Source: Octopus vulgaris (lineage: Eukaryota). From it: a stretch of 64,000 bases of DNA. The number at the start of each line of letters is the position of its first letter. Position 1 is the stretch's first letter. A model generated the notes under the pieces. It searched no databases and was not told where the DNA came from. It saw nothing but the letters and a program-made list of their open reading frames with translations. Position numbers and translations under genes: made by a program. Positions 12,287 to 25,673 of this stretch are shown piece after piece. The DNA lies in the NCBI GenBank assembly GCA_951406725.2, contig OX597837.1, positions 28,086,001-28,150,000 on the forward strand. Direction: 5' to 3'.

Positions 12287-12860
12287 GGCAGCGAGCTGGC
12301 AAGAATCGTTAGCATACCAGGCAAAATGCTTAGCGGTATTTCGTCTGCGTTACGTTCTAAGTTCAAATTCCGCCGAGGTCAACTTTGCCTTTCATCCTCT
12401 CAGGGTCGATAAATAAAGTACCAGTTACGCACTGGGGTCAGATGTAATCGACTTAATACCTATGTCTGTCCTTGTTTGTCCTCTCTATGTTTAGCCCCTT
12501 GTGGGTAATAAAGAAATAGGTATTTCGTCTGCCGCTACGTTCTGAGTTCAAATTCTGCCGTGGTCAACTTTGCCTTTCATCCTTTCGGGATCGATTAAAT
12601 AAGTACCAGTTACGCACTGGGATCGATGTAATCGACTTAATCCGTTTGTCTGTCCTTATTTGTCCTCTCTGTGTTTAGCCCCTTGTGAGTGGTAAAGAAA
12701 TAGGTATTTTGTATGTCTGAGTTCAGATTCCACCGTAACCGACTTTACCTTTCATACTTTTGTTTCGATAAAATAAGGACCAGTTGAGCACTAGGGGTCG
12801 ATGTAATCGACTTTCTCCCTCCCCACGAAATCGCTGGCCTTGTGCTAAAGTTTGCCAAAT
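12287..12860 (+). mobile_element. SINE family B, multimeric
   Basis: Head ggcagcgagctggcaagaatcgttagc plus 2-3 body units. Confidence 0.78.
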
Positions 12861-12871
12861 AATCTTTCCTG

Positions 12872-13320
12872 AAGCTAACGTAAAAGCGGTGTTATTGTAT
12901 GGGGCTGAGACATGGCGAACAACAGTTAAGTCAAATAAGAAAATACAATCATTCATCAACAGATGCTTGTGTAGTATACTTAAAATTAGATGGCCCAAAC
13001 ACATAAGGAATATGGAGCTATAGGAAAGAACAAATCAAGTTTCGATTAGGGAGCAAATATTTAAGAGAAAGTGGAAGTAGATTGGTAGCATAATTAGAAA
13101 AGACACACCAAATGTAGCGAAAAGTGCTTAAAAGTGGAAACCGGTTGGATATAGAAAGAAAGGTAGGCCTAAGAACTCGTGGCGTAGATAAACACAAAAG
13201 GAACTAGAGAGAGGGGGACATTCATGGCAGAGTATTAGTACAGAAGTGAAAAATTATGCGACATGGAATTCAATTATAAGTGGCCTATACTCCACGTTGG
13301 AGGGATAAAGGAAAGAAAAA
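12872..13320 (+). pseudogene. 3' end of an RTE-clade LINE ORF (inactivated)
   Basis: NVKAVLLYGAETWRTT...IQSFINRCLCSILKIRWPKHIRNMEL*ERTNQ...KRKWK*IGSIIRK...KWKPVGYRKKGRPKNSWRR: LLYGAETW, WIGH-like and GRPK..W motifs of RTE C-termini; in-frame stops. Confidence 0.85.
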
Positions 13321-13389
13321 AAGTGCTAAAGTTTGAAACCGACATAAGCACTCTGAATAAAATATAGTGCAGTCTCTTGAACAGCATCT

Positions 13390-13729
13390 GGATGGTATGG
13401 GGGGAGCACTCCGTCGGTTACGACGACGAGGGTCCCAGCTGACAACGATCAACGGAACAGTCTGCTCGTGAAATTAACGTGCAAGTGACTGAGCAATCCC
13501 CAGACACGCGTACCACTAACGTAGTTCTCAGGGAGATTCAGCGTGACACAGAGTGTGACAAGGCTGGCCCTTTGAAATACAGGTACTACTCATTTTTGCC
13601 AGCTGAGTGGACTGGAGCAACGTGAAATAAAGTATCTTGCTCAAGGACACAACGCGTCGCCGGGAATCGAACTCACGACATTACAATCGTGAGCCGAATG
13701 CCCTAACCACTAAGCCACGCGCCTTCACC
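13390..13729 (-). mobile_element. SINE family D (tRNA head plus CORE-like segment, 3' half shared with family C), 12-bp TSD
   Basis: TSD tgaacagcatct at 13378-13389 and 13730-13741; head gaaggcgcgtggcttagtggttaggg...gagttcgattccc; decayed copy at ~54030-54295. Confidence 0.82.
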
Positions 13730-13741
13730 TGAACAGCATCT

Positions 13742-14115
13742 ATCCAACTGGTGAATTATTTCACCTTTCACCTTAAAAGGAAGATAGGGCTAGAGAGAAA
13801 ATGCCCGATTGAGAAAATATTTGAAAATCGATGGAAGAATGAAGCACGGATGTCGCGTGTGAATGTAACCCCATGAATGCGTTGCAGGACGTGTCTCGGG
13901 TGTCAGTGGCGAGGTGGGACTTGTGGGGTCCGGATTGAACCTACCTCCCCACTCCATCCGTAATGTTTTCCGGTCTGTCTCATCATTCGATTTATTTATA
14001 TTATTTTTGAATTTTTAACTTCATATTAATGTAATAACTATCCGTTCATCTGACCCCTATCAGATTGTGTTGTCCTTTATCCATGTTGTCCCCCTTGTGG
14101 GAAATTTTTAAAAAA
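13742..14115 (+). mobile_element. Probable 3' end (ORF2 C-terminus plus 3' UTR) of a Tx1/L1-type LINE
   Basis: Open frame IQLVNYFTFHLKRKIGLERKCPIEKIFENRWKNEARMSRVNVTP* resembles Tx1-clade C-termini (from recall, not searched); ends ttgtcccccttgtggg plus an A/T-rich tail. Confidence 0.45.
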
Positions 14116-15372
14116 TCACTTTACTGCACCAAAGTACCTGAGTTCGAATAATCACCACCGCCTCAAATTCTTGGCCCAAGAAAGTTTAAATGTCATCCAC
14201 AGCAAGATTTTTAACTCTGAGATTTACATTTATTCTTTAGTTGTTTTAGAAGTTTGTTTTTTTAGCTGTAAAGGCACAGGCTATGCTGGAGCATCGCCTT
14301 CCATATTGTAATGAATTTACTAGTTCTTTGCAATCTAGCCTTCTCTGCTACATTTTTTTTCTCTCCAAGACAAGATAACAGCAACAACAGTGAGGTGAGT
14401 GGAGGGGGGGATAGAGGAAATACACACAGTCACATGTGCGCTTATAGAGAGACATATACACACGCCTACAAACATACACTCATAGCTAAGAAAATATATG
14501 CACATACACACAACCCTACACAGATACAGGCACATACATATAAACACACACACACACACACACATGGATGCGCGTGCGTATTTATGACACATAGACACGC
14601 ACAGGTACACACACATAAATATAGATACACACGGGCATGCCTATATACATACCTACTCTCAGACAGTCACACACAAGCATACGCAGAAAAAAACACACAC
14701 ACACACAAACAAATGTACGCGAAACACCCCCAAGTTTATTCCAAGATGGCATTACTACCGAAAAACTGTTTCTTTTACTTTCAGGAAATTTTTATAAACT
14801 TGATTCCCACTTGGCAGCATTGCCATCCACATCTCACCAATATCTCTTGTATATTTTCACTCTCTTTTACAGTTTCCCCACACCCTCTCTATATTATCTC
14901 TCGCTCCTTCCGTTTGTCTCCCTCTTCGTCTCTCTGTATCTCTCTCTCTCTCTTTCTCTCTCTCTCTCCGCAATTATTTATTTTTTGTTTTACACGAACG
15001 ACTGTTGAACATATGGATTTCCACTTAGTGAAATGTTTCGTTAAACAACCGCAGCAGATTCTACATGTACGTACATCCACCCTCAAACACGTGCGCACAC
15101 GAATATACTACACATTCGTGTGTGTGTGTGTGTGTGTGTTTACTGGATAAGTTCATTCACACAGGTGAAGAGGTCTCGCTTGCTAACGTATACAAGAACC
15201 ATTTCTTGTGAACTGGAATTATTCTACCACTTAGCCAGGCCCAGTCTCTAACATTTTGCATGTGAAAATTATTACACATGACGGAAAAAACAAAACATCA
15301 TTTTTATAAAATGCCATGCTCCTCTTTAGCTGGGCTCGAACTTTTTACACCCATACTTTAAATTGAGCAATA

Positions 15373-15838
15373 TATTGGGTTGTCCGGAAAGTTCTTGCCG
15401 ATTTTTAAAGGAAAGAAAAAGGTCAATAAATACTTGCCATTACATTTTTAATCCACCAAATATGAACCATTTTGTTGCACAATGCATCTCCATCTTTCCT
15501 TTAATTTGAAAGTACCGTCTTCCCAGAATTGAGGTGGTTTCATGGCAAAGAATTCATCAAGGTATCTTTTTACGTCATCCAAAGAATATGGAGGGTGGAG
15601 TAACACATCCCAACCGAGTTGCAGCAATTTTTGTCTGGTTCCCAAGGCATCAAGTGCCGAAGATGAACTTTCTTATCTTCCATTTTAAAGGGTTACAGAA
15701 TTAACACAGGTTATAGGAACATAAACCTTTTTCCACGAAAAGATAGCTCAAACTGTGCTCTAAATGGAGGTGTAGTCAAATCCTATTTTATGGACTCAAC
15801 CATGTTCTAAAATAAGTCGAAAGGTAAGCTACTATAAA
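15373..15838 (-). mobile_element. Internally deleted mariner element
   Basis: Terminus TA-ttgggttgtccggaaagttc; translation TRQKLLQLGWDVLLHPPYS (HPPYSPDL motif) fused to ...FFAMKPPQFWEDGTFKLKERWRCIVQQNGSY (mariner C-terminus). Confidence 0.85.
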
Positions 15839-17547
15839 TGTCCTGGGGGTAGATTTCTTCGACTAAAACTTTTCGACGTGGTGTTCCAGCTTGGTCGCAG
15901 TCAAATGACCGAAACAAGTAAAAGAATAGAAAATATTTCAATATACGTATATTTATTTGAATACGTTTATTTACATTGTGCGTGTGTATGTAAAACCATA
16001 AGCATCACCTGTATGAGCTGATAGCTTGTACCATGCTTTCGCTAATTGTTTTCAGTGCCCATGTATTCGCGAGCAACCCGTAAACAGCCACTCGTTCACC
16101 TGACAGGAAAATAAAGTTTCGACATACAGGTGTCTTAAGAAAGATATCTCTGTCTTGACTGTCCTCCACACTTCCAGTTGATTACAAGGAACTTGGCTTT
16201 ACTCTCACAAAATTAAGAAGTTCCAGATACCCAAACTAAGCAATAACAGACTATGCTGATTCTTTTCTTTGTCACTGTTTACAATTATCGTTAAAAAAAA
16301 TTTTTTAAGCATCATATAGATATAATTTTTGACCATGGACCGGAATTTGCAGAAATGTTGCAGGAGTTCAAAGTTTGATCATTTTCAGAATTTTCAACCA
16401 ATCAGAAAACAGTGCGTTCGCACTGCCTCCTCCATCATCGGGATGGGGTCGGCATGTTAAAATATTGCTAGAAATAAGTCAAAACATTAAAATATACACG
16501 AATAAAGTTAACGTTAAAACATTCGCGAGCAACTTAAATATTTAAAAGCTACAAACAAACCAACGGAGTTGCTAGAAATAGGTCAAAGCGTTGTTTAAAA
16601 CAGATGTTTATTAGTTTAAAAAAATCAGGAACGACAGTTTTCAATACACTCTAGACTTTTATAAAATAAACTAGCTGACCACGCTTGTCAAAAATGACAG
16701 CTAATTGTAGTATTTTATATATAAATATGAATGGTAAATCACATTAATACACTTGTCAATAAATGTTCACCGTCTCACCAATTTGCTATCACCACTTCCT
16801 TCTTTGTTCATCTATCACTTCTTCCTTTCTCATTCATATGTTCTGACGGAGAAAAACACAAGAGTATTATTATAGTAGATTATCTTTCTCGTATCTCCTT
16901 TTCGTCCCTATGTGCATACGCAGCCTTTTTGGTTACTATGGAAACAGTTTTTCGCCATGGTGATGTGTAAAATGTGCGCTTCTGATAGGCTAAAATACCC
17001 AAATTTTGCAAATTTTAAAGGCTAATAACTTTTTAATTGTGGATTTATAGGAAAAATGAATTTCATTTCCATAGTTAGTTTACAAAACTTAATCCATATA
17101 CCAAATTTGAAAACAATTGGAAGAAAACTGTAAACATTGACGAAAACCACAAAGATCCCAGACGCCAAAGAGAAGAATAAATCTTGGTTTTGGTCCAAAA
17201 GAAAACACGTAAGAAAATGGCGCAAACAACACAAGCTGTTACTTGTTGCAGGGAGACTTGACTGAAGTTGTTAGATATGTTATTGATTTTGATTTTCGGT
17301 TTGGCAATCTTTTCAAAGTTCCTCGATATATCTTGGCTAAGTGATTTCTTCAGCTCTAATTTCTCTGTGACTGTTATTTCAGTCTCGTTTAGAATTATAT
17401 TCCTTTATTTATTTGATCAACGGAAATCTAGTTTCTTACTCCACTCCTTTTTTTTACCCCTACTTTTCCTCCTCGTGTTCTTTCACCATCATCATCATTA
17501 TCATCACTAACCTCACAATCATTATCACCACCGCCACTACTAACATT

Positions 17548-17963
17548 ATCTATTTCTTTATTGCCTACAAGGGGCTAAACACAGAGGGGACAAACAAGGA
17601 CAGACAAAGGGATGTCGATTACATCGACCCCAGTGCGTAACTGGTACTTAATTTATCGACCCCAAAAGGAGGAAAGGCAAAGTCGTCCTCGACGGAATTT
17701 GAACTCAGAACGTAACGGCAGACAAAATACCTATTTCTTTACTACCCACAAGGGGCTAAACACAGAGAGGACAAACAAGGACAGACAAACGGATTAAGTC
17801 GATTACATCAACCCCAGTGTGTAACTGGTACTTAATTTATCGACCCCGAAGGGATGAAAGGCAAAGTCGACGTCGGCGGAATTTGAACTCAGAACGTATC
17901 GGCAGACGAAATACCGCTATGCATTTCGCCCGGTGTGCTAACGTTTCTGCCAGCTCGCTGCCT
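17548..17963 (-). mobile_element. SINE family B dimer
   Basis: Two body units plus head; flanks share actaacattatc / attaacattatc (TSD-like). Confidence 0.8.
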
Positions 17964-18172
17964 CACTATTAACATTATCATTATCGCAATAGTAGCCATT
18001 GTCCTCATCACGACCTCACCCTTTTCTCCTAACTCCTTCTTCTCACCTCCTTGTTCCCCACTCCAACCATCACCATCATCATCATAGATACGAACAGATA
18101 GCCCCTTTTGTATCCACCAAGGGAACCACTAAACTACCACCATAACCTTCCATTATCAATACTTGCATCATT

Positions 18173-18580
18173 ACCTATTTCTTTACTATCCACAAGGGGC
18201 TAAACACAGAGAGGACAAACAAGGACAGACAAACGGATTAAGTGGATTATATCGACCTCAGTGCATAACTGGTACTTATTTAATCGACCCCGAAAGGATG
18301 AAAGGCAAAGTCGACCTCGGTGGAATTTGAACTCAGAACGTAACGGCAGACTAAATACCTATTTCTTTACTACCCACAAGGGGCCAAACAGAGAGAGGGC
18401 AAACAAGGACAGACAAACGGATTAAGTCGATTATATCGACCCCAGTGCATAACTGGTACTTATTTAATCGACCCCGAAAGGATGAAAGGCAAAGTCGACC
18501 TCGGCGGAATTTGAACTCAGAACGTAACGGCAGACGAAATACAGCTACGCATTTCGCCCGGCGTGCTAACGGTTCTGCCA
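18173..18580 (-). mobile_element. SINE family B dimer
   Basis: Two body units plus head. Confidence 0.8.
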
Positions 18581-19177
18581 GACCATCGTCAATTGCTAAC
18601 ATCGCTACCATCACAGCCACTCCCCCACCACTCGCTAACACGAACAGTAATTCCACTACCACTGCCATCATCATCATCATTATCATCATCACGTTTCGCC
18701 ATCAACACCATCTTCAAAGCATCACACACATATACACATAATCCACCCCGATCATCTGTCAACACCGGATGAACTAGCACCACCCCGTTATACTATCGCC
18801 ACCATAACACGCTAATGGCCGACAGTTGACATTTATTTTAACTGTTTGGGTTTTGACGGGATTGTTGTTATTCTCTTTATATTTTGGTTTCTCTGGTTCC
18901 GTTTACTGAAAATATTTCTGACCTTTCAATTGTCCTGCCATTCTCTCCATCCGTTCTGTGGGAAAATTTCAATATTTGTCTAAAAAATATAACAAATTTC
19001 TGTTTTCTTCCATTGTGCATTTTCTTCTAAAGTGAATTTTATCGTCAGCAATCTCAAAATTGTATCTTGTCATTTTCTTTGCTTCCGCTCTCTGCCTCAC
19101 CCTTTATATTCCTAACTTCGAAGTCCCTTATTTCTATCTCCGTCTCTACTACATTCAGTCGTTTGTCGTCTTCTTGC

Positions 19178-19216
<39 letters not shown>

Positions 19217-19740
19217 GATTCCTCTAAGTTTCCCCCCTTACAACACGTGACTTCATTCTATTTCCTTCAGCTTTACTGTCCTCACTTATTCCTCTTCTAC
19301 TCCTGACTACCTCTCTCTGTCTTTCTTTCACTTTGTCCTCTTACTGTTGTTTCACCTCCTCCTAATTTACCGTTTGCTATCTCAAAAATATTTCATTGTA
19401 ATTTTTCACCACTTCCTCTTCCCGCTCCTCACTCACACTCAGCTACTTTCGTCTGTACTCCCCACATTCAACAATGTTCAACTTTTCTCTCTCACTCTGT
19501 CTCTCCCTCTCTCCCTCTGAGTTCTCTTCCATCGTTTCCTCGCCTCTTAAGTGTGAACACTAACGTCGCTAGTTTCCTTCTTTCAGACCAATTTACTCAC
19601 TGGTTTTCACGGCATTTTATGGCAAGAGCAACACGGGAATGGATGTGCAACACGGATAAAATAAAATATAGCATTTTTAACTGACGCACCGGTTTATTGG
19701 CGTTCTTGCCGATAAGTAAAATTTCAACAGTGTACACACA

Positions 19741-19875
19741 CACATTTATCGTCTGCTACATCCACATTTATCGTCTGCTACATCCACATTTATTGTCTGC
19801 TACCTCCATGTTTATCGTCTGCTACATCCACATTAATCGTAATCTCTTTCTCCTCATCGTCTGCTACATCCATAT
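19741..19875. repeat. 22-bp minisatellite cacatttatcgtctgctacatc, about 5 copies
   Basis: Direct reading. Confidence 0.8.
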
Positions 19876-20671
19876 TAATCTTAATCTCCTTCTCCTCTAA
19901 CTTCTCCCTCCACTCTCCGCTGGTTTCTTTAACGTCTACCTTTATATACATTCCAGTTCATTTATCCATTTTCTGTTGTTTGACCAGTTAGAAATGGCAG
20001 CCAAATATCTCTTAAAGCACACCTTATCAATCTGAAGAACATATTGGACAATGTTTTTCTTGGTATAAACAATACAGAATGGTCCTGATTATAACATTTT
20101 TGGTCATAGGTATGTCCTAAGATTAAACAGCATCAGTAATAGCTTTTCGATCTTTACGTCCTTCCATTTTGTCCCTTGTCGTTTGTTATTTCCAAATCTT
20201 CTCTCACTATTTATATTTGCTTCCCAGCTTCCTTGACGTTCTTTACCTTTTCCTTCTCTTCTTAATCTTTCTTCTTCCACTTCCTCTTCACATTTCTTCT
20301 CATTCCCTTCTTCCTCTATATCCTCTCATTCCGCTCTCATTTTCTCCAAGTTGTTTGCAAATCGCTTTTTCCACCTCTCCTCTTTTTTTCATTTTACCTC
20401 CTTCTTTATCTCTTTCTCTCTCTTTCAGATTCTATCTCTCACTATTTGTATTTGCTTCCCACTGCTAACCCCTAAACTTTATCTGTCGTTCCCATAACCT
20501 CTTTCTCGTTTCTCTCTACCTCTTCCTTCATCACCATCATCACCATCTTCACCGCCCATCTTAATTGGGTATGTTTCCCAATCGCCAACCCCATCTTAAC
20601 TACTACTTTACCTTCTATACCTGGGTCAGAGGTGGAAGGTCAAACATTATGACCTTCCATAAGACAGCAGA

Positions 20672-21059
20672 GTGTGTGGAAGCACTCCGTCGGTTACGAC
20701 GATGAGGGTTCCGGTTGATCCGATGAACGGAACAGCCTGCTCGTGAATTTAACGTGTAAGTGGCTGAGCACTCCACAGACACGTGCACCCCTAACGTAGT
20801 TCTCGGGGATATTCAGCGTGACACAGAGAGTGACAAGGCCCTCCCCTTGAAATACAGGTACAACAGAAACAGGAAGTAAGAGTGAGAGAAAGTTGTGGTG
20901 AAAGAGTACAGCTGAGATCACCACCATCCCCTGCCGGAGCCTTGTGGAGCTTTTAGGTGTTTTCGCTCAATAAACACTCACAACGCCCGGTCTGGGACTA
21001 GAAACCGCGATCCTATGACCGCGAGTCCGCTGCCCTAACCACTGGGCCATTGCGCCTCC
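20672..21059 (-). mobile_element. SINE family C, full length
   Basis: TSD ataagacagcaga / ataagacaacaga. Confidence 0.88.
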
Positions 21060-21248
21060 ATAAGACAACAGAATCTGCTAAAGGAAGGGAGATAGTTAAA
21101 GAAAGAGACAGACTCCACGACTGCCAGATCCCAATTAACCAATTATTTCTGTCTGCATAGTCAAAGGTGGGTTTCGCCGGCAAAGAAGGTTCTTTCCCGA
21201 ACGATTACTTCACTGCGTTTCGCACCTCAAACATACGATAGCAGGCCC

Positions 21249-21446
21249 TTACTCTTTTACTCTTTTACTTGCTTCAGTCATTTGACTGCGGCCATGCTGG
21301 AGCACCGCCTTTTAGTCGAGCAAATCGACACCGGGACTTATTCTTTGTAAGCCTAGTACTTATTCTATCGGTCTCTTTTGCCGAACCGCTAAGTGACGGG
21401 GACGTAAACACACCAGCATCGGTTGTCAAGCGATGTTGGGGGACCA

Positions 21447-21482
<36 letters not shown>

Positions 21483-21529
21483 TACATACATACATACATA
21501 CATACATACATACATACATACATACATAC

Positions 21530-21563
<34 letters not shown>

Positions 21564-21716
21564 ATTTATATATATATATGACGGGCTTCTTTCAGTTTCT
21601 GTTTACTAAATCCACTCACAAGGCTTTGGTCAGCCCGAGGCTATAGTAGAAGACACTTGCCCAAGGTGCCACGCAGTGGGAATGAACCCGGAACAATGTG
21701 GTTGGTAAGCAAGCTC
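21249..21716 (-). mobile_element. SINE family A
   Basis: Tail (ctctttta)n, body and head with internal (CATA)n. Confidence 0.85.
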
Positions 21717-22095
21717 TCCTGCACCCTTATTGGAGAACTACATGCATCATCTATGTAGTGTGAACCAACGAGGCAGACGTCAATGTAATTGATCGATCGA
21801 TCGATCTGTTAGTATTAGCAACCAAATCTCCCTCAAAAATATTTCACATGTGGTTCTCTACGCACTGTTTGGGGAAAGATACAGGACGGTCATAGTTGGA
21901 ACGCCTTTGACAAAGGTCAACTCAATCAGGGTTGATCTCGCGAGGATAAACAACAAATAACAGTACCGTGAAAGTGGAGGGCGCAGTACGAAGCAGAACG
22001 ACAAAACGTTGAGTTTTACTTCTTTCTTCATGTTTACTTTCTCCTCAAGATGCCACACCCGTTCCAATCCCTCCCTCCCCCTCGTACATACAGGC

Positions 22096-22140
<45 letters not shown>

Positions 22141-22154
<14 letters not shown>

Positions 22155-22940
22155 TCTAGTTGTGTGAGTGTCTGTCCCCTTCGATTTAGATTCCTAACTC
22201 CTCCCACATTTTGCGGTGCAGCTTAACCAAATTCGGGTATCTTATCGTCGTGATTCATATCGAGCCCGTCTGGCTATTAGCGCGCGTCAACGATGAGTCT
22301 ACGATTTTAAAAATAATTTAACATAATTTTTTATTCCATTTTAATGCATAAAATGCATCGTGTGTCGATGGCGGCGGAGTTGGCGTCCACGCTCACAGCT
22401 GCACCTGTTTGCTTCTCCCCTTCCCTCCCACGTGAAGCTGTGGGGAAGGGAGTGTAAAGAAATCAACGTCGTAATGCGTTGTGAAGGAAACCAGCGTTCT
22501 TTTAGAACAACGACTTCATGGCTTGAAGACACCAAAACAAAAATGGCTAAGAAAGCCCGAATTTATAGGGGAAGTAACTCTCTAAAAATGCTTATATAGT
22601 TATTTCCCTTACAAACCCGAGCAACGCCGGGCGATACTGCTAGTATATATATAAAAGTGAAGTTGTGTGTCTGTCTCCTACAATTTAGATTCCTAACTAC
22701 TCCCACATTTTGCGGTGCAGTTTCACCAAAACCGGGTATCTTATAGTCGTGATTCATATCGAGCCCTTCAGGGTATTAGCGCGCGTCTACGATGAGTCTA
22801 CGATTTAAAAAAAAAATTACCATCATTTTTTCCCATCTTTAATGCATTTTTTTGCTATTATATAAGGGAAGTAACTCTCTAAAAATGCTTATATGGTTAT
22901 TTCCCTTACAACCCCGAGCAACACCGGGCAATACTGCTAG
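22141..22940 (+). mobile_element. Two head-to-tail non-autonomous Helitron-like elements (22141-22643 and 22645-22940)
   Basis: Each ends with hairpin cccgagcaacRccggg followed by atactgCTAG|T; the second lacks ~200 bp of interior. Confidence 0.75.
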
Positions 22941-22955
22941 TATATATATATATAG

Positions 22956-23181
22956 GTGAGCTGGCAGAAACGTTAGAGCGCCGGGCGAAATGCTTAGCGG
23001 TATTTCGTCTGCCGTTACGTTCTGAGTTCAAATTCCGCCGAGGTCGACTTTGCCTTTCATCCTTTCGGGGTCGATAAATAAAGCACCAGTTTCGCACTGG
23101 GGTCGATATAATCGACTCAATACCTTCGTCTGTCCTTGTTTGTCCCCTCTATGTTTAGCTCCTTGTGGGTAATAAAGAAAT
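22956..23181 (+). mobile_element. SINE family B monomer
   Basis: Head plus one body unit. Confidence 0.8.
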
Positions 23182-23472
23182 ATATATATACGTGTGTGTG
23201 TGTGTGTGTGTGTATATGTGTATGTTTGTATGCGTGCATGTTCACATATATACATTCAATGCATGTGCGTAAACACGTGTGTCCATTTCTGTGGTAATGT
23301 TTTCCGGTGCAAACCGATATATCGAGTTGCGTCCCTTGATGGCATAATGCCGAAATCAGTAATCAATTGATATGATAAATAAAAATCTATAGTCCAGGTT
23401 GTAGACAGAAACAAGTAACGATATATATATATATATATATATTTATATTTATTTATTTATTTATTTATTTAT

Positions 23473-23664
23473 TCTCTTTTACTCTTTTGCTTGTTTCAGT
23501 CATTTGACTGTGGCCATGTGGAGCACCGCCTTTAGTCGAGCACATCGACCCCACGACTTATTCTTTGTAAGCCTAGTACTTATTCTATCGGTATCTTTTG
23601 CCGAACCGCTAAGTTACGGGCACGTATACACACCAGCATCGGTTGTCAAGCGATGCTGGGGACA

Positions 23665-23737
<73 letters not shown>

Positions 23738-23879
23738 GACGGCCTTCTTTCAGTTTCCGTCTACCAAATCCACTCACTTTGGTCGGCTCGAGGCTATAGT
23801 AGAAGAAACTTGCCCAAGGTGCCACGCAGTGGGACTGAACTCGGAACCATGTTGTTCGTAAGCAAGCTACTCCTACGCC

Positions 23880-23880
<1 letters not shown>
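23473..23880 (-). mobile_element. SINE family A
   Basis: Family similarity. Confidence 0.8.
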
Positions 23881-23913
<33 letters not shown>

Positions 23914-24619
23914 TCTATAAGTGGGGCGGAAAAAAAACTTTAATGGTGGTACTTTAGCGTGACCGCTATCCAGTGACTTAAACCAGCAACATGTTAAGAG
24001 TATATATATAATATATACACACACACAGACGTGTTTATATGCATGCCGTAGCCTTTATACTAGTGAAACACAACTGCAGCTAGTACTGTAGCCTCTACTA
24101 CCACAACTGCGATGAGCGCAACTTCTAGTAGGACCACGACCATCACTACTACTCCTCTTCCGCCTCCTCCTAATACCACTTCTACTACTACTACTACTAC
24201 ATATAATGATTTTAAGAAAGACGGATGTTAATGCTGTTGTTAGCGGCGCTACTATTACGACCACCTCCACCGCTACTGTAAGCACTTGCTAATACAACCA
24301 CCGTCAGTATCACCTGTACTATCACTACTATTACTGCTGCTGCTGCCGCCGTTGCTGCTTTCGGTAGCGTTCAGCAGTGTCGCCATTTTCGCACGTTTCG
24401 TCGATTGATTTTTGAGGAAGGCAGATCGATAATGAAAGTAAAAATGATGTGATCGTCTACCGAAGCAGCAGACTGGACACCAGAGGTGACACTGACATAA
24501 CAGGAAAAATAATTATTTATTCATTTACTTCGTCGTTACTCCGAGTTTTAGGCTCTCTGCTTTCATTTATCTACGACAGGGGATGGATACAGCTAGGGAT
24601 TGTACGAGGGAGCTCTCTC

Positions 24620-24815
24620 TCTCTTTTACTCTTTTACTTGTTTCAGTCATTTGACTGCGGCCATGCTGGAGCACCGCCTTTAGTCGAGCAAATCGACCCC
24701 GGGACTTATTCTTTGTAAGCCCAGTACTTATTCTATCGGTCTCTTTTGCCGAACCGCTAAGTGACGGGGACGTAAACACACCAGCATCGGTTGTCAAGCA
24801 ATGCTAGGAGGACAA

Positions 24816-24862
<47 letters not shown>

Positions 24863-25030
24863 CATATATACGACAGGCTTCTTTCAGTTTCCGTCTACCA
24901 AATCCACTCACAAGGCATTGGTCGGCCCGGGGCTATAGCAGAAGACATTTGCCCAAGATGCCACGCAGTGGGACTGAACCCGGAACCATGTGGTTGGCTA
25001 GCAAGTTACTTATCACACAGCCACTCCTGC
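24620..25030 (-). mobile_element. SINE family A
   Basis: Family similarity, near full length. Confidence 0.85.
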
Positions 25031-25286
25031 TGTATAATTTTAGACATGTTTCGGTGTACAAACGGGATGAAATAACTACTAGATGTATTTTGATGTACGA
25101 ACGGGATAAAACGAGTACTAGAGTACTCTAGTAACTTTTGTTCATTCGAAGCTGATGTCACGCTCCGTCGCTTCTCGAAAGTTGACGTTTTTTACGTTTG
25201 AGTAACGTTATTAGATAATGTAGACAGAACAGATATAGTGCCTGTTGGGTATTGAGTGTCGTGAGCTCAGGTGTAATGTACTGAAT

Positions 25287-25673
25287 GGATGGAAGCACTC
25301 CGGTTACGACGACGAGGGTTCCGGTTGATCCGATCAACGGAACAGCCTGCTCGTGAAATTAACGTGTAAGTGGCTGAGCACTCCACAGACACGTGTACCC
25401 TTAACGTAGTTCTCGGGGATATTCAGCGTGACACAGAGAGTGACAAGGCCGGCCCCTTTGAAATACAGGTACAACAGAAACAGGTAGTAAGAGTGAGAGA
25501 AAGTTGTGGTGAAAGAGTACAGCAGGGATCACTACCATCCCCTGCCGGAGCCTCGTGGAGCTTTTTTTAGGTGTTTTCGCTCAATAAACACTCACAACGC
25601 CCGGTCCGGGAATCGAAACCGCGATCCTACGACCGCGAGTCCGCTGCCCTAACCACTGGGCCATTGCGCCTCC
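25287..25673 (-). mobile_element. SINE family C with 20-bp TSD
   Basis: TSD tcaggtgtaatgtactgaat at 25267-25286 and 25674-25693. Confidence 0.92.

Noticed and set aside
14311-15150. 279-aa ORF
   Set aside because: Stitched from CA- and CT-rich low-complexity tracts with no domain-like segment
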